Assembly (NCBI GenBank): GCA_951406725.2
Contig: OX597832.1
Coordinates: 9,982,001 to 10,046,000, forward strand
Reading direction: 5' to 3'
DNA from: Octopus vulgaris
Lineage: Eukaryota
DNA length: 64,000 nucleotides
The translations under genes and the position numbers were made by a program. Below, in pieces: positions 1-14,651 of the stretch. Below the pieces are notes generated by a model that saw nothing but the letters and a program-made list of their open reading frames with translations, searched no databases and was not told the DNA's origin. How positions within the stretch are numbered: position 1 is the stretch's first letter; each line of letters starts with the position of its first letter.

Positions 1-1979
1 CAAACCCATGACAGGTTTAATGTCTTTTTCCATTGTTGATGCCATCTTATTCACGACTAGCATTTTCAGTGTGCTTATTTTACGAATTCTATGAAAAACT
101 CTCCAGTTCTCAATCAACGCTCCGCATAAGACATTTTTTTATTGCTTTAGCTCATGGATTAAGAATGGCTTTTTACCGCCATATGAAATTTCGCATCACC
201 ATTTCTTGTCTTCTGGGTTTTTATTGTTACCTTCTCTATATGAGAATTATTTTCTGGAATATTATATAACTTAAGGATTTTCAAGAATGTGCGCTTTGTG
301 TTGATCATTAAATAAGAATGGCTCTCTCTCGTGTGAAACTGCCAGGCTTCCTCCCTGGCTCATCAGTACATAATTAAAATTCTCTATTAGCAACTTCTGC
401 TTCACTCATGCATTTTAAACTAGAAGATGTGAAACATGTGAAGGCTGGTAACTACTAATTCATAATATCTTACAACACCCGAAGTATTGTTATTGTACAT
501 AAGGATGCCCACACTTGCTTTGAGTCTGTGTTCATATTTCTTCATTCTTGTCCCATTCTTTGCACATATGTTACTGTTCATACTGCATTAAATTCCATCT
601 AACACAATCGATTTTCGGAGTAGAAATTTTTGATAGAACCATTGTGGGTTCAATTCTATATGTTTCTTTTTCTTTAATGAAACATTAGAGTATTACATAC
701 TCGCAGATATTGTGAGATGTGTTATCTTTAGTTATGTCGTTTCTTTATTGATCTCTTTCAGATGTACTTTTTTGCTTTTATTTTTAAGGATTATTTGATA
801 AATATATCACGCAAAATCCACTTATATTTTACTGAACATTTCTTAATTTAATTGATTTATGAGCATGCAGTGTAAAATAACTAATTTTATAAATATGTAA
901 CATAAATTACATATAAATACATGTAAATTTATAACTGCGTCTCCATCAGTTTTTTGTTAATGTTTAATTATCGAATTTGATCTTATATGCTGATAAAATA
1001 TTTTATTCCATCCAATCAAAAATATTAGATGATGGATATTACATGATTTATTTAAAAGGTTCCAACATCAATAAAATATATCATTTCCTCTCGCTTCATT
1101 CTTTGAATATTAATAAACATGGCGTGTTGGATAAAATATGCGCAACGTACAAATGTTAAGACGATCAAATCCTCAATTAAAATCTCAAATTATTTCCGGG
1201 GTATTTTCAAAGGGAAGTGAAGTTAACTAAGCAAGATATTAACATAACCGACAATCTTCCTGGAATCTTCAATCGTTTTCTAAGGGATTTCCTTAGACAT
1301 TGTGATGCATTGATATCAAGCATAAATCTGATACTTGCGAGCGCAAAGGTTCACTGTTTCGAATGCATTTAAGATCATATGAAACAGCTTCAATCTGAAT
1401 TTCATTAAAAATAAAACCCTAATCAATCTAATCAATTTTGCTTTGTTTAGAGGAAAGGGGAAATATTCATAAACTGTGGGGAGTATTTCTCACTGGTAAA
1501 CATGGAAGCTTAATCATTCTCTATATATTTCAATGAATTGAACAACATTTCACGACTAAGATAATGGCATTTAAATTGAAGACAGCTTAAAGAAAATGTC
1601 ATATATATATATATATATATCACACGGAGTTGCCTAACTATATTAGCATTCTGAAAGAATACAACATCTACTGCTGCACAAGACTATTTCCAATGGGAGT
1701 AACTGAAGTTATAGCAAGGTCGGAAATCATATAGGTCAATGTGAATTGGTATATTAGTACCATATATATATATATATATATATATACACAAGGTGTCAGT
1801 TTGGTTGTGAAACTAGGGTATTTCCAGAGGGTTGCTGGAAGCCTATATAGGCGGTACGTGGATTCAAAATATACACACATTCATATAAGTATTTATCTGC
1901 ATATACATACAAGTCAATCGTATACACATACTCAGGCACAAGCACACACACGCACACACACACATACACGCACACGAGT

Positions 1980-2304
1980 CCAATCCCACTGCGTGGCACC
2001 TTCAGCTTGTGGTTTCTGCTATAACTTCCGAATGACCAAATCCGTTCAAGTGGATTTGGTGGAGGGAAACTGAGAGAAGCCCATCGTTTACATTTATATA
2101 TGTATGTATCTATATCTGTGTGTATGTCTTTGTGTCTGTGTCTGTCCCCTCACCGTCGCTTGACAACTTGTGTTGGTGCGTTTGTGTCCCCTTAACGTAG
2201 TGGTTCGGCGGAAGAGATTAATATAATGAGTACCAGGTTTAAAAGATAAGTTTTGGAGCTGATTCATTCTACTGGACGCAGTCTAATATCTGAAACGAGT
2301 AAAC
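1980..2304 (+). mobile_element. SINE family A (tRNA-derived octopus-type SINE), diverged and lacking the 5' head
   Basis: Colinear with the full copy at 41479-41900: cccactgcgtggcacc...gtggatttggt...gaaactga...gcttgacaac...ggttcggc...tgaaacgagtaaa. Confidence 0.85.
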
Positions 2305-2322
2305 TATATAAGATTATATATA

Positions 2323-2394
<72 letters not shown>

Positions 2395-2599
2395 TAGATG
2401 CTTTTCGAGTTTATCAGAGGAAAATTTCGCAAATCCTGCAATCCGCTCCAGAGATATATATATAAAAGAAAAAAAATATAATATAAGATTATCGTAAACT
2501 CTGAGGAAGCAGAAAACCTATAGGTGGTTGGAAAATATCTTTACAAACGACTTCTTTCGAATAGAATTGCAAACACATACAAGCATAGATAACACGAAT

Positions 2600-4110
2600 T
2601 CATATAAAGCGATATTATATAAGCAGGAATTTATACAAGAAGGAATGCTAACAATCTGAAAGTTAGTGATACGATATTATACCTCCTCCCACACCAAAGC
2701 TTTATTACCATTAAGGACATCAAAGCTATCTTGAGGAGAAACCTTAAATGGAGATCAATTAAGCCATCTAAAACTGAAATAGGTACTATTAGCAAAAATA
2801 TTTTAGATTCTATTCTAAGTGAAGTAGAGAATTAAATTTACGGATTTAGAGAAATAGTAAGTCAGTTACTGATTTGTTCAAAGGAATTAGCCACAAACTA
2901 CTGATTTATGCAGCACGATATTGTCGATTTTTTTCCACACAATATTCAGGCCTTTACATCTTAAGGCATTAGACTTGGCCAAACAATATGTCGCGATTTA
3001 TAACTTAGATTTAGATATTGCCCTGCATGCAAGGAAATACCTCCCTTTTGACGATGATTCCACCTAGGAGACAAACGGCACAGGGCATATGATGGGGCGG
3101 ATGTATGTATGCTTATAGGAGCATATATATTGTATAAACTGTGTCTGAAACACCCTTTTATAGATGCAAGATTATACAGGGATGAAATTTTTATAATCAC
3201 CCGTGAATTAAAAGGCCATGCGGTAGATTTACGTAGGAAGAATCTTATAAAGTTCTTCCAAAGATTTTACGGATTACGATAGGAATTGATCTTAATGTTG
3301 ATTTTTAAAATATTAATTTAAATTAGCAAAAAGATAAATTTAAACCCTACCGTAAGCCCAATGTAAAGTTATATTAAAGAGTCAAATGATCCAACCGTAA
3401 TTCTTAATAATCTATGCCATGCCATTTTACAATAATGCATTAGGGAACAATCGATTCTCGGAGAAGATCCATTACAGTCAATAAACGAACACATAGAACT
3501 AGAAGCAGGAACATTTTGTGGTTTAATCAGGCATTTCACATTGCTGTAAACACAATCATAGGTAGGAAATTCTTAAAACTAGTATCTAAACATTTTCAAA
3601 CTAGCCATAAGTTCTGTAGAATTTTCATAGGAAATCCTGAAGGTTAGCTATTCTTGTTGCAAAAATGTTTGCCTGTAATTAATCAACACAGTAATCATTA
3701 AAAGGAACGATAGTGCCGAATTTAACCAGAAGAATTTAAATTCCAAAGATCAGTCCATTAGGATGAAGATGTCTTCAGAAAGATATATTTTATAGAGATA
3801 AAGCACTTAGAGTTGGCTCATAAGAATAAGAATACAAAACATACACAGGAACCTCGGAAAATACCTTCAAGATTAGTTTCTATACCCACCGCAATTCTTT
3901 TCGATACCTCATTAATTGGACAGAAACAAGTCTTGCAAAATATTCTCGTAAATGAACGAAAATTATGCCCTTCCTCTCATTATCAGCTAAACAATTTTGG
4001 AGAAGGCAGCCCCATATAAACATGGTGCATATTGACGCAGTTTCTGTATCTCTGAGAAACTTTCCACTCTGTACCGAGATAAACATATATTGAACCAAAG
4101 ACGACAGCTT
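2600..4110 (+). mobile_element. Degenerate Penelope-like retroelement RT/endonuclease ORF (probably Naiad-type)
   Basis: Frameshifted motifs in order: FITIKD (2701), PSKTEIGTISKNILD, FMQHDIVDFFP, AYDGADVCMLIGAYIL, LYRDE (from GLYRDD), FKPYRKPN..KESNDP, RNILWFNQAF..TIIGRKFLKLVSKHF, LKVSYSC, C-terminal FCISEKL..ILNQR. Many stops and frameshifts. Confidence 0.8.
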
Positions 4111-5766
4111 TTAAATTCCTTCCGGCAAGCTACCAGGTTTAAAATTACCCGCTTGGGTAATATTTTAGTTTCGAAAATTGTGTTACGTTCGCATTTGAAA
4201 TATGGTTTTTATACTTAAAATTCAGACTTCCTTTAGTATTAAAATGCTGGCAAATATTTTGCCTTAATATTGTACGCTCGACTTTCAAAAAAGCGTTCGA
4301 CTGTTTTGCAAATTTAAGTTTAAAATTTGGCGATGTTAAATTTTATTCCTTTTTACTCATTTGCGTATTCAAATATTATATTCATATTTTTTATTTATAT
4401 GTTTCTAATTTATATCACCTTTAATTATCAGTAATATTAATACGCTAACTTTTAGTTGTTGTATATTTTGTTGTTGCAAGTGTCGTCACACTTACTTCAA
4501 AGGAAGAGGTGAAAAGGTTGAAAGAGAGGTACAAAGATTAAGAGAAATAAAAGGTGTTAAGCAGAGGAAGCATAGTTGAAGTGGGTGCCAAGGCGAGAGA
4601 TAGGGGTTGGACAGAAGCAGAGGAAATATAGTTGAAGTGAGAGCCAAAGCGGCAAAGAGCAGGAAGTAACAGGGAGTGAGAGAGAGGGGGAGATTGACAG
4701 CACTGAGAGAGAGGGAAAAACGAGAGATTTAAAGAGAATGAGTGAAGGAAGGGAGTGAATATAGAATAATAGTGAATGATAAAAGGACCTTTCCCATACA
4801 GGAAACTGTGCAAAACGTTTCGTTTTCGACGATGTATGACAAAGCCATTGAAAATATGGAATCTGCAACAAGAAATGCTGCCAATTTATCCATCTGTCGT
4901 ACAATTATTCTGTCTTTCGGCCACTCTCTTTAACACACTTTCTCTCTTCCTCTACTGCAGGGTGCTTGGCAGCTTACCACTAGTAACAAAACTCTGGAAG
5001 ATAATATATAAGGCACGTTTGAATGATTCAGGGCCCGTTTGCACGCTTTGAGGAGGAATTATTGGAAACCAAATTAAACCAAATTTACAATATATAACCT
5101 GCCTAAGGCACCTAAATTTTGTAGGATTATTATATTTCTTCATTTTATTTCAGAATATGGTAGGTATGCCACATGTGTAATTTAACGACACAGAAGTGGA
5201 CTTGTATGTATGTTTGTGTGTAAGGTGTATAACTGTAATAAGGTTCATTACTTCATATCGCTATAAGTGTTACATAATAAGTATTATTTTACAATAGTTC
5301 TATATTTATATCTGTAGAAGACCAGTTTTCCTTTTTTCGTTACCTACCTTCAGAATAGAAACCGTAGAAAATCACATTCGTTTTATTTCCTGCATTTCTT
5401 CAGAATAGAAATCGTAACTTAGACTTCACGCCAACATTTTTCCTTCGTTTCACGTATTCCGCATAAGATTTGATGAGGTCAGTTGTCATTTTCCTATCCA
5501 ACTTCAGCATATTTGTACAAATTTTCATTTGAAAATACCCATTTCCCCTAAGCATAGGAAGAAACGAATTCGGTGGGGCACTCTTCTCTAGTTATGCCAA
5601 ATGCATAGTATAACGACACACACATGATGATGTGTGTGTGGGTCTGTCTGTCTGTCTACTTATGTGTCTGTATGTGTGTATATAACTGTAATAATCTCTA
5701 TTAGTTTATATAGGAAAAAGAGAATATGATGTTGAGAATCATCCAAGTATGAAATTTGACTCGATA

Positions 5767-8031
5767 ATCGGAAGAGTTTACACTGTGAATACGAGGCAGT
5801 GCGAATGTTTCTTTTTGAGGCTGTTTCTTCGGGAATTAAGAGGACCGGCTTCGTAATTATTGAGAAGAATGTTTAACTTCGTAATTATTGAGAAGAATGT
5901 TTAACCTGAAAACTTTTAGAAAATGACAATCAGTGTGATGGAACAATGGCTGAGGCTTCAATGTTACGCATACCTATTCCTCTCAGAGGTCTTATTCGAT
6001 AATTGTCCTGAATTCTGAAGCGTTGTGACACAAATTTAAGAATGGTTTATCAGAAGATTACAAATATGACGCACAATTATTATTCCCTGAGAGGAAATTC
6101 TCATTCAACGATGATATGGTGATATTGAAGATCGCATTGCCTCAATAGGATGGGAGTACCTCAGGAAGTTTAGCTTACCTGAAACCCATCGAAGTGAGGT
6201 GAATAATTTGATCACAGAGATTTTGCGAGAAACTTCACATGATATTGACTCATTAACAAGATTCCCCGAAAACATGTCCCGAAAATGTTGACAGCCCAAC
6301 AACTTGCATTCACAAAAGTTATTGACAAAGTGACACATAAGGGAGGAGGATTACATTTTTTAGAGGCAGCAGGAGGAACTGCAAAACTATTGTTACAAAT
6401 TTAGTGTTAGCCAGAGTCGGTAGAAAAAGGAAATACGCCTAGCTGTCGCGTTCTCTGGAATTGCTGCGACTTTGCACCCAGGAGATCGAAAAGCTCACAC
6501 AGCATTAAGGCTGCCATTCCATCAAATTTCAAATGATGAACCTGTCTGCAATCCTATTGGAAGTCTTTCTTTCCCTCAAGTTCCCATGAAGTGTTCTTTG
6601 ATTACATAGGACGAATCTGCGATATCCTATAAAGATTAATAGAAGCTTTTAACAGATTGTTGCAAAAATTTTGCAATTCCAATTTTTCATGCCAGATATG
6701 ACTCGTATTTTCACGTGATCTCAGATAAACTATGCTAGTGATTCCCAGTGGCTGAGAAAAAGCGGATGAAATGAATGCCTGCTTGAAATCTCCTATTTAT
6801 GGAAACATATCAAAGTGTAAAAGCTTTCTGCAAATATTAGGGCATATTTGCATGGTGATAATCTGTCGGAACAATTTGCCCATGCTATTTTGTAACTTGG
6901 AAAAGGAAGGGTAGATATCAGTCATGCAGGTGACTTCAATAAATCAACAATCTGCACATTAGTCAGCTCCGCTGAGGAACTTATTGACGGAGTTTTTTCT
7001 AAGTACAATTTGAAATAACACAAATGCTACTTTGTTGTGCGAAAAAGAAATCACGAGACCAAAGGACATTACTATGAATAATTTAAATGAAAGACCCGAG
7101 AAACTTTTACCAGGAAATGAACATGCTTACAATTATACAGACGCTGTCGTGGATGAATCAGAAGTGGCCAATTGACCACTTGAGTTCTTATACTATGTTT
7201 CATTGCTTTCCATTGAAAATAGGCGCTCCAATCATGCTTCGACGTAACCTTTCTCAATGAAAGCAATTCAATGGCCAAAGACTGATTGTCAAGAAATTAA
7301 TGAAAAATGTCATACATGGTACAATTATTTCTCGCTGTGGAAAAGGTGAAGATGTTTTTATTCCTCAGTTACCTTTAATAGCTTCCAATGAACCCTTCAA
7401 GCTCAAATGACATCAATATGCAATACGTCTGTCATTTGCGATGTACATTAATAAGTACCAAGGTCAGATTTTGAAAGTTACAGTTTTGCAATTAGAAAAA
7501 AACTGTTTTTCACACGGTCAATTATATGTTGTATAATCCAGATTGGGGAGCAAAAACTATCTTTCTTTTATTTTTGCCCCTACTAGTAAAACACGAATCA
7601 TTGTATCTATAATTAGGTTTTTACCATGGGTTCAGGAAATTAAATTTTTCAGAATGATTAATAATTTTGAATTGATATTATCAACGTCACATTATATTTG
7701 TTACTGAGAGTATATGTGTATTTTTGCTTGTTGTTCTACCTAAGTCCAATAAATTATAGTAAATACACTTTTAGATGTTCCCGAACTTTTATTTGCTTAT
7801 ATGTGCGAAGTGTACTTCATTTATAGACTGAAATAATGTAGACCATAGAACAGAAGTGTATACGCACACATGGCTATATTGGCCAGAATAAAAACAGCTC
7901 TAGCGTCTACGTGGAAGTTAACAACTATTTCTTATACATGTTCAGCACAAACTAAATGAATAACTTTCAATATTCATAATAAAATTTTGGCAGAGTTTTT
8001 CAACCCAGTCAGTTATAGGTGTTTCGGCTAG
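5767..8031 (+). mobile_element. Helitron remnant: degenerate RepHel C-terminal part (PIF1-type helicase) plus probable 3' terminus
   Basis: IGRVYTV..ECFFLRLFL..RGPAS (5768+), Walker A-like FLEAAGGT (about 6357), AVAFSGIAATL.PG.RKAH.AL.LP, ADEMNACLKS, LKIGAPIMLRRNL, GEDVFIPQLPLI, AIRLSFAMYINKYQGQ, CFSHGQLYV..SR (about 7503-7545). Degenerate hairpin followed by CTAG|T at 8028-8032. Confidence 0.9.
5849..5904 (+). repeat. Perfect 28-bp tandem duplication inside the Helitron remnant
   Basis: cttcgtaattattgagaagaatgtttaa occurs at 5849-5876 and 5877-5904. Confidence 0.95.
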
Positions 8032-8102
8032 TATTATAGATGGTAAATAGATGGTAAATGTTTTTATTTTTCATTCCATTCGATGTTTTTATTTCTAATA
8101 GT

Positions 8103-8755
8103 TTTACAATCTTTCTATGAAAAGCTTATGTAATGTATCAAGAAATTAATTGATAAAGTATTACCAACCACAGGGTCCCGGGTCTAGCCAAACTGCGTGG
8201 CATCTTGGTCAAGTGTCTTCTACTATAGCCTTTAGCCGACCAAAGACTTGTGAGTGAATTTGGTAGACAGGAACAGAAATAAACCCGTGGTATATATATA
8301 GTTAATAGAATATATGTTATTCATATAAATACTGTATACATTTAAACACATAAGTGGTATCCGTCTTAGGATTCCTGGTACGCTAGAAGGAAGAACCAAA
8401 GTCCAAACCACTATTAGGAATAAACACTTCGAAGGGAATGATAAAAAAACATTTACCATCTGTCACCAGGAACATGATTTATAACATTTTTTAGGAAATA
8501 AAATAATTTTCTAGCGAAGTGTTCATGAACAGGTACGCCGGGATTAAACATATAAGTACGATATATACCACGGGTTTCTTTCTGTTCCTGTCAACCAAAT
8601 CCACTCACAAGTCTTTGGTCGGTTCGAGGCTATAGTAGAAGACACTTGACCAAGATGCCACGCAGTTTGACTAAACCCGGGACCCTGTGGTTGGTAATAC
8701 TTCATCAATAAATTTCTTGATAAATTACATAAGCTTTTCATAGAAAGATTGTAAA
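8103..8755. repeat. Long inverted duplication: two arms of about 195 bp (SINE A 5' part plus non-SINE flank) with a spacer of about 260 bp
   Basis: 8103-8297 is the reverse complement of 8561-8755 with scattered mismatches, including about 60 bp outside the SINE (tttacaatctttctatgaaaagcttatgtaat...). Confidence 0.92.
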
Positions 8756-9693
8756 TCTATCACCAACATTAATTTTCTTGACGTAATATACTTAATCACC
8801 CTGTATAGAAACCTAAAATTGCATTCAACTTAATCATATATGAATAAATGTACACATGCGCACACACTTAAATATCGAAATAATAATGCAAGACTATAAC
8901 TGATTGCTTTTATTTTCAAATAATTATACGCACAAGTATATATACGTAGTAATAATTTATTGATAATCTTACCGGAAAATTTAAAACTTATAGATTGCTA
9001 TCTGATGCTAACATTTTCTTTTTCTCTCATGTATACACACATGAACACGCAAAACTCGAATTATAAAAATACAAAATTATAAGGGTTGACTTTTATTTTT
9101 AAACAATTACACGCTTATGCATCTATAAATAAATTGATTCGATTCGAAAAGCTTTTTCGAAACATGCATACACACATATATACACTCACTTAAGCGTAAC
9201 TTAACATAGACAATAGACAGAAACATATATAACGGTTTTATTATCTTTCATTCTTATTTCTCTATCCTACCAACATATTTTACACTTTTATTTTATTATT
9301 TTTTATTTATATTTTATTTCTGTTATTTTAGTATTTTTATTATCATCATTTATTATTTATAATTTTTTGAGTGTATATTTCTATCTCAATATTTTCTATT
9401 ATTGCGTATTATTTACTTCTTAGTTTTAATTTCCACATTAATCATATTTTCATGTATTTAGTCTGTTGGGGAATCTCAGTTGAACAACATGTACTAAATA
9501 TCCATTGGACAAGAACGTATTTTACTCAAAACATTCAAAATGCAAAATATTTTATTGTCTAGGTTTGTAAATTTTAGTGAGATTGAATTGAAAGAATTAT
9601 AGGACTTATTAAGAATGTTAGTAAAATAATTTTCATTCATTGAATATCTCCAGTTTCTTAATTAATAATAATAATAATAACAATAATAATAAT

Positions 9694-9761
<68 letters not shown>

Positions 9762-9780
9762 AATAATAATTGATAATATT

Positions 9781-10316
9781 GCCTTGACACAGTACCAGAC
9801 AGTGGCTCTCAAGGTTTTCGATCTTAACTGATTGGAAGTATTATCACGCACATTGTTTTGTCTTGGTATAAAATATGGGCTACAGAAAATAGTATTCTAC
9901 TCAATATCATAGATTTGCTAGTCAGTTGAGCAAGTCCCTTAGTGGCTGACGATATGTGCATCTCTGATAACGAGCTGAAATAGTGGGGGACCATCATAGC
10001 CATGTGGTAAGAGGGATTTTGGGGGTTTGAATAATTCACCTTTGGAAACATGGGTGTTTCCTTCAACATCCTTAAACAATCCTTAAAAAATCCTTATTCA
10101 GGGACCTTTTGAGCGGGATGGGTTACTTGACCAGGAGACAATTCTAACTACGTCCCTCGTGCAAGGTTATATGCTGTTTATTTTGATATGCGATCACCAT
10201 GTCGCCCACATATGGTTGTGATACATGTTACTTATCAGACAGTTAGTTTTCATGGGTATACTGGACTTCCTATATTTTACGGTGTAACTTTGACGGCATG
10301 CACTGCTCTTTCACAC
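9781..10316 (+). mobile_element. Non-coding interspersed repeat of about 540 bp (family D), following an (AAT/AAC)n array
   Basis: Colinear with 55307-55860 from gcc.tga..cagtggctctc to gcatgcactgctct. Both copies start just after (AAT)n. Confidence 0.85.
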
Positions 10317-10959
10317 AATACAAATTATACATATACCAGCCTGAGACTAGATCGCTCAAGAGGAGGCTAGCAAAATGCAAAATATCTTTCATTCTTGCTG
10401 GGGCATATACACACGCAGCAAACCACATCAATGCATATATTTTTAAATGAAAGGAAACCTGCTTTGATGTACTGGAAGTACCCATATTGTACTGTATGTG
10501 CAGTCTTATTTGGGAATAATCTCCGAACACGAGTTCAAAAAGTCAACTGAGAAGCAAGGGGAGGGACTCAGTATATTTTATAGGTGTTTGTAATATCAGT
10601 TAATAATGTATATCTAAACATATGTTAATTTGTTTTTTGATATCAATGAACATAACAACAATTGTTGAGAGAAATGCTAATTTGCAAAACTATATGGAAT
10701 TAATTTGGAATATATTTGATACTGTTTAATTGCTAATTAATAACTCATGTCACATAAAAATTTTAATTCATAATTTTCATCTTTTTACAAGATATACGCA
10801 CGGTCAAACACAAACGCGCACACACATATACACACATACATATGTGTTTGTGTATTCTGTGGGCACCTGTGCGTATGTGTGCGTGTGAGTTCGTGCATAT
10901 GTATATATATACATATACATACACATACACACACATATATATATATATATATACATATA

Positions 10960-11013
<54 letters not shown>

Positions 11014-11478
11014 TACGTATGTATACGTAAATAAACGTTATTGAAAAATTTATACAAGCACACATATTTACATTTAGCAAGTATACGAATGTGCATAAAA
11101 ACATAAAATGATAGATGACAGAGAGAGAAAAAGGGAGAGAGAGAGAGAGAGAGAGGTGAGAAACAGAGAACTGAGAGAGGATGAGCGAGAGAGAATGGGA
11201 GAGAAGCAGAAAGATGTATAAATACAGAGATACATTCAACGAAAAGGTTTTTATTGTCTTCAGCTTCATTAAATTATGTGATTGTAGCCCTTTCTGCATT
11301 AAACGTGAATAGATTTTCAAAAAAAAAAACCTCTAAGTCATTTAAAATGCAACAGTGACGCTAAAAAAAACATTAATATATGAAACAACACAACTAATAC
11401 TGATAATTAGGAACATTAATTAAGTGTTCACATAATACAATTCACATACCACACAACCCTTCCTTTCCTCTCGTGCTG

Positions 11479-11480
<2 letters not shown>

Positions 11481-11543
<63 letters not shown>

Positions 11544-11563
11544 GTTACTACTACCACTACTAA

Positions 11564-11612
<49 letters not shown>

Positions 11613-11628
11613 GCTGCTGCTACTACTA
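11481..11628. repeat. (ACT)n microsatellite
   Basis: Directly visible. Confidence 0.95.
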
Positions 11629-11862
11629 TGAACTCATCTGCGAACATGGCTGAAAACGTTTGGTGCAAGTGTGAAAGTAGAACACCTACAAAAATTCAGC
11701 ATTGCTTAAAACAGAAACAATTCTTCCTAGGGTTATTCAAACATGACAAGTAAACAAGTGTCACCTTAGTCTGCTGGCTGTGGACAGCTGAAACTTTCCA
11801 TCAGACCCAGCAAAATAAGCTGTGAGTTTTCATCAAGTAATAATAATGACATAGAAATTGCA

Positions 11863-12460
<598 letters not shown>

Positions 12461-12821
12461 TTTGTAGGCCATTAAAATATACGCACCAAATTGTTCATTT
12501 ACAAAGTCATGTAATAAAGAAAAACAGTAAGAAAGACAGAAATAAAAATAAAAAAATGTAAACAAAAAAATAATGGGGAAAACGGGAAGAAATTCACAGT
12601 GATGAGTTTCTTCCTCTTTATTTTCTTTGTCTACATTAATTTTTTTTTCTTCCTGCCATTCTAACTCTTTTCTCTATCACATGACTTAGTAAATAGACAA
12701 TTTGGTGTGTATATTTTAATGGCCTATTAATGTATACAGTGCATTCCTCTGCACTAGGTGTCAGAAAAGCACACGGCAAAAAATGGAAACAGAATTGAAA
12801 GAAGGTGATAATGAAAAGAAA

Positions 12822-12841
12822 GATGATGACGATGACGATGA

Positions 12842-12903
<62 letters not shown>

Positions 12904-13011
12904 TTACTATTACTATTACTAGTACTACTAATAATAATAATAACAGCAGCAGCAATAATAATAGTAGTAGTAGTAGTAGTAGTAATGGTGGTGGTGGTGG
13001 TGGTGGTGCTG

Positions 13012-13086
<75 letters not shown>
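12822..13086. repeat. Compound trinucleotide array (GAT/GAC)-(ACT)-(AAT)-(AGC)-(AGT)-(GGT)-(AGT)
   Basis: Directly visible. Confidence 0.95.
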
Positions 13087-13199
13087 AATTTTAAATTGCT
13101 TTAATTTAGGATAGCCATAATAGAGGAATAATCCAACTTCGGGACTGCCTCGATGGAGGAATAATGTCAAATCAAATTGCAGGAGGGAGGACAACACAC

Positions 13200-13500
13200 A
13201 TTATGAAAAAATTGCAAGTATGACGCAGCTAGTAAATATAGGACCAATCACTTGCTTACATTCACTGTGGAAACTGTTAACAGGTATGCTTTCTGTGAGC
13301 GTTTACGAGCACCTTGACAACCAGACTTTACTGCCAGAAGAACAGGAAGGTTTAAGGAAGAAGGCTAGAGAAACGCGTGATCTATTATACATAGACAAAG
13401 TATTCCAAAATGAAGTAAGAGCTAGAATGAAAGATCCATCGGTAGTATGGATAATTCATAGGAAAGCTTATAGCATTATCCCAAATCTCATAGGAATTCA
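13200..13500 (+). mobile_element. R4/Dong-type RT fragment (N-terminal RT subdomains)
   Basis: ORF 13220-13552: GPITCLHSLWKLLTG..YEHLDNQTLLPEEQEGLRKKARETRDLLYIDK..VVWIIHRKAYSIIP, resembling RPITCL..WKLLT..LPEEQKGC..AWIDYKKAYD. Confidence 0.85.
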
Positions 13501-13719
13501 AAGCGTTGTGCAGAAAAGTACTGTTCACATCCGTAGAAAAAAACCTTACTAATTTCAATGCATGAGTTGTGTTACATGACGACATTTCGCTACTGCTCCT
13601 GCGACTTATATCCCCCAAGCTTTGAGTCAAACTGTAAAATCACTTATCATTCACTCGCACTAGGGAACTTGTGTGTGTCTCGGCAAATGATTGTAGTAAA
13701 CAAGCAAACTAAATGTATA

Positions 13720-13740
13720 TAATAATAATAATAGTAACAA

Positions 13741-13808
<68 letters not shown>

Positions 13809-13834
13809 ATACTATTACTATTACTATTATTACA

Positions 13835-13889
<55 letters not shown>

Positions 13890-13905
13890 ATAATAATAAT
13901 AATAA

Positions 13906-13936
<31 letters not shown>

Positions 13937-13987
13937 AAGAAGAAGAAGAAGAAGAAGAAGAATAATGATGATGATGATAATGATAAT
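13720..13987. repeat. Compound array (AAT)-(ACT)-(AAT)-(AAG)-(GAT)
   Basis: Directly visible. Confidence 0.95.
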
Positions 13988-14276
13988 AGCAGATCATCTG
14001 ACAAAGCGCTGGAATACACCCGAGTAAGTAATTCTCTTTAAAAGTATTGGACTATATCCACGCAAGTACATATTGGGTTCTATGCCATTAAGTGCACATC
14101 ACAGACACTTAAGTACGTAAACTAATTAGTTACGTATATGCCCTACTTTTACATGAACATATATTAATATTTCAAAATAACAGTGTATAATGTGTAAACA
14201 AGTGCACGCACATAAGCGAATTGAATAAAAAACAAACGGCAAACACTAGTCATTGTTGATCACAACATCGTTGAAC

Positions 14277-14366
<90 letters not shown>

Positions 14367-14370
<4 letters not shown>

Positions 14371-14651
14371 ATAAATATTAGGGAATAAATCCAAATTTAC
14401 AGGGAAAAAAATCAGATTTAGGATTAAATCCAATTTTATAGTAAAATATTATAAAATATTATTAGAGACAAAACCACTATTTTGCAAAACAAACATAATT
14501 TGAAACTGACTTATTGGAAGTCCAACTGAAGATTGTCGATCAAGACAAGAAATAATTGTAGTGGCGGTTTTTTTGACTATTTATTAAAATTTTATGTATT
14601 GATTAAGTCTTTCCTTGTTTGTTTTGCAAAATAGTGGTTTTGTCTCTAATA

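Noticed and set aside
335-372. Minus-strand CUGAUGA followed by a GCCAGG/CCUGGC stem
   Set aside because: Followed by AGUU rather than GAAA, with no stem III or stem I; not called a hammerhead.
1-600. Possible decayed coding sequence on the minus strand
   Set aside because: A fairly open frame with few stops, but no motif I can recognise.
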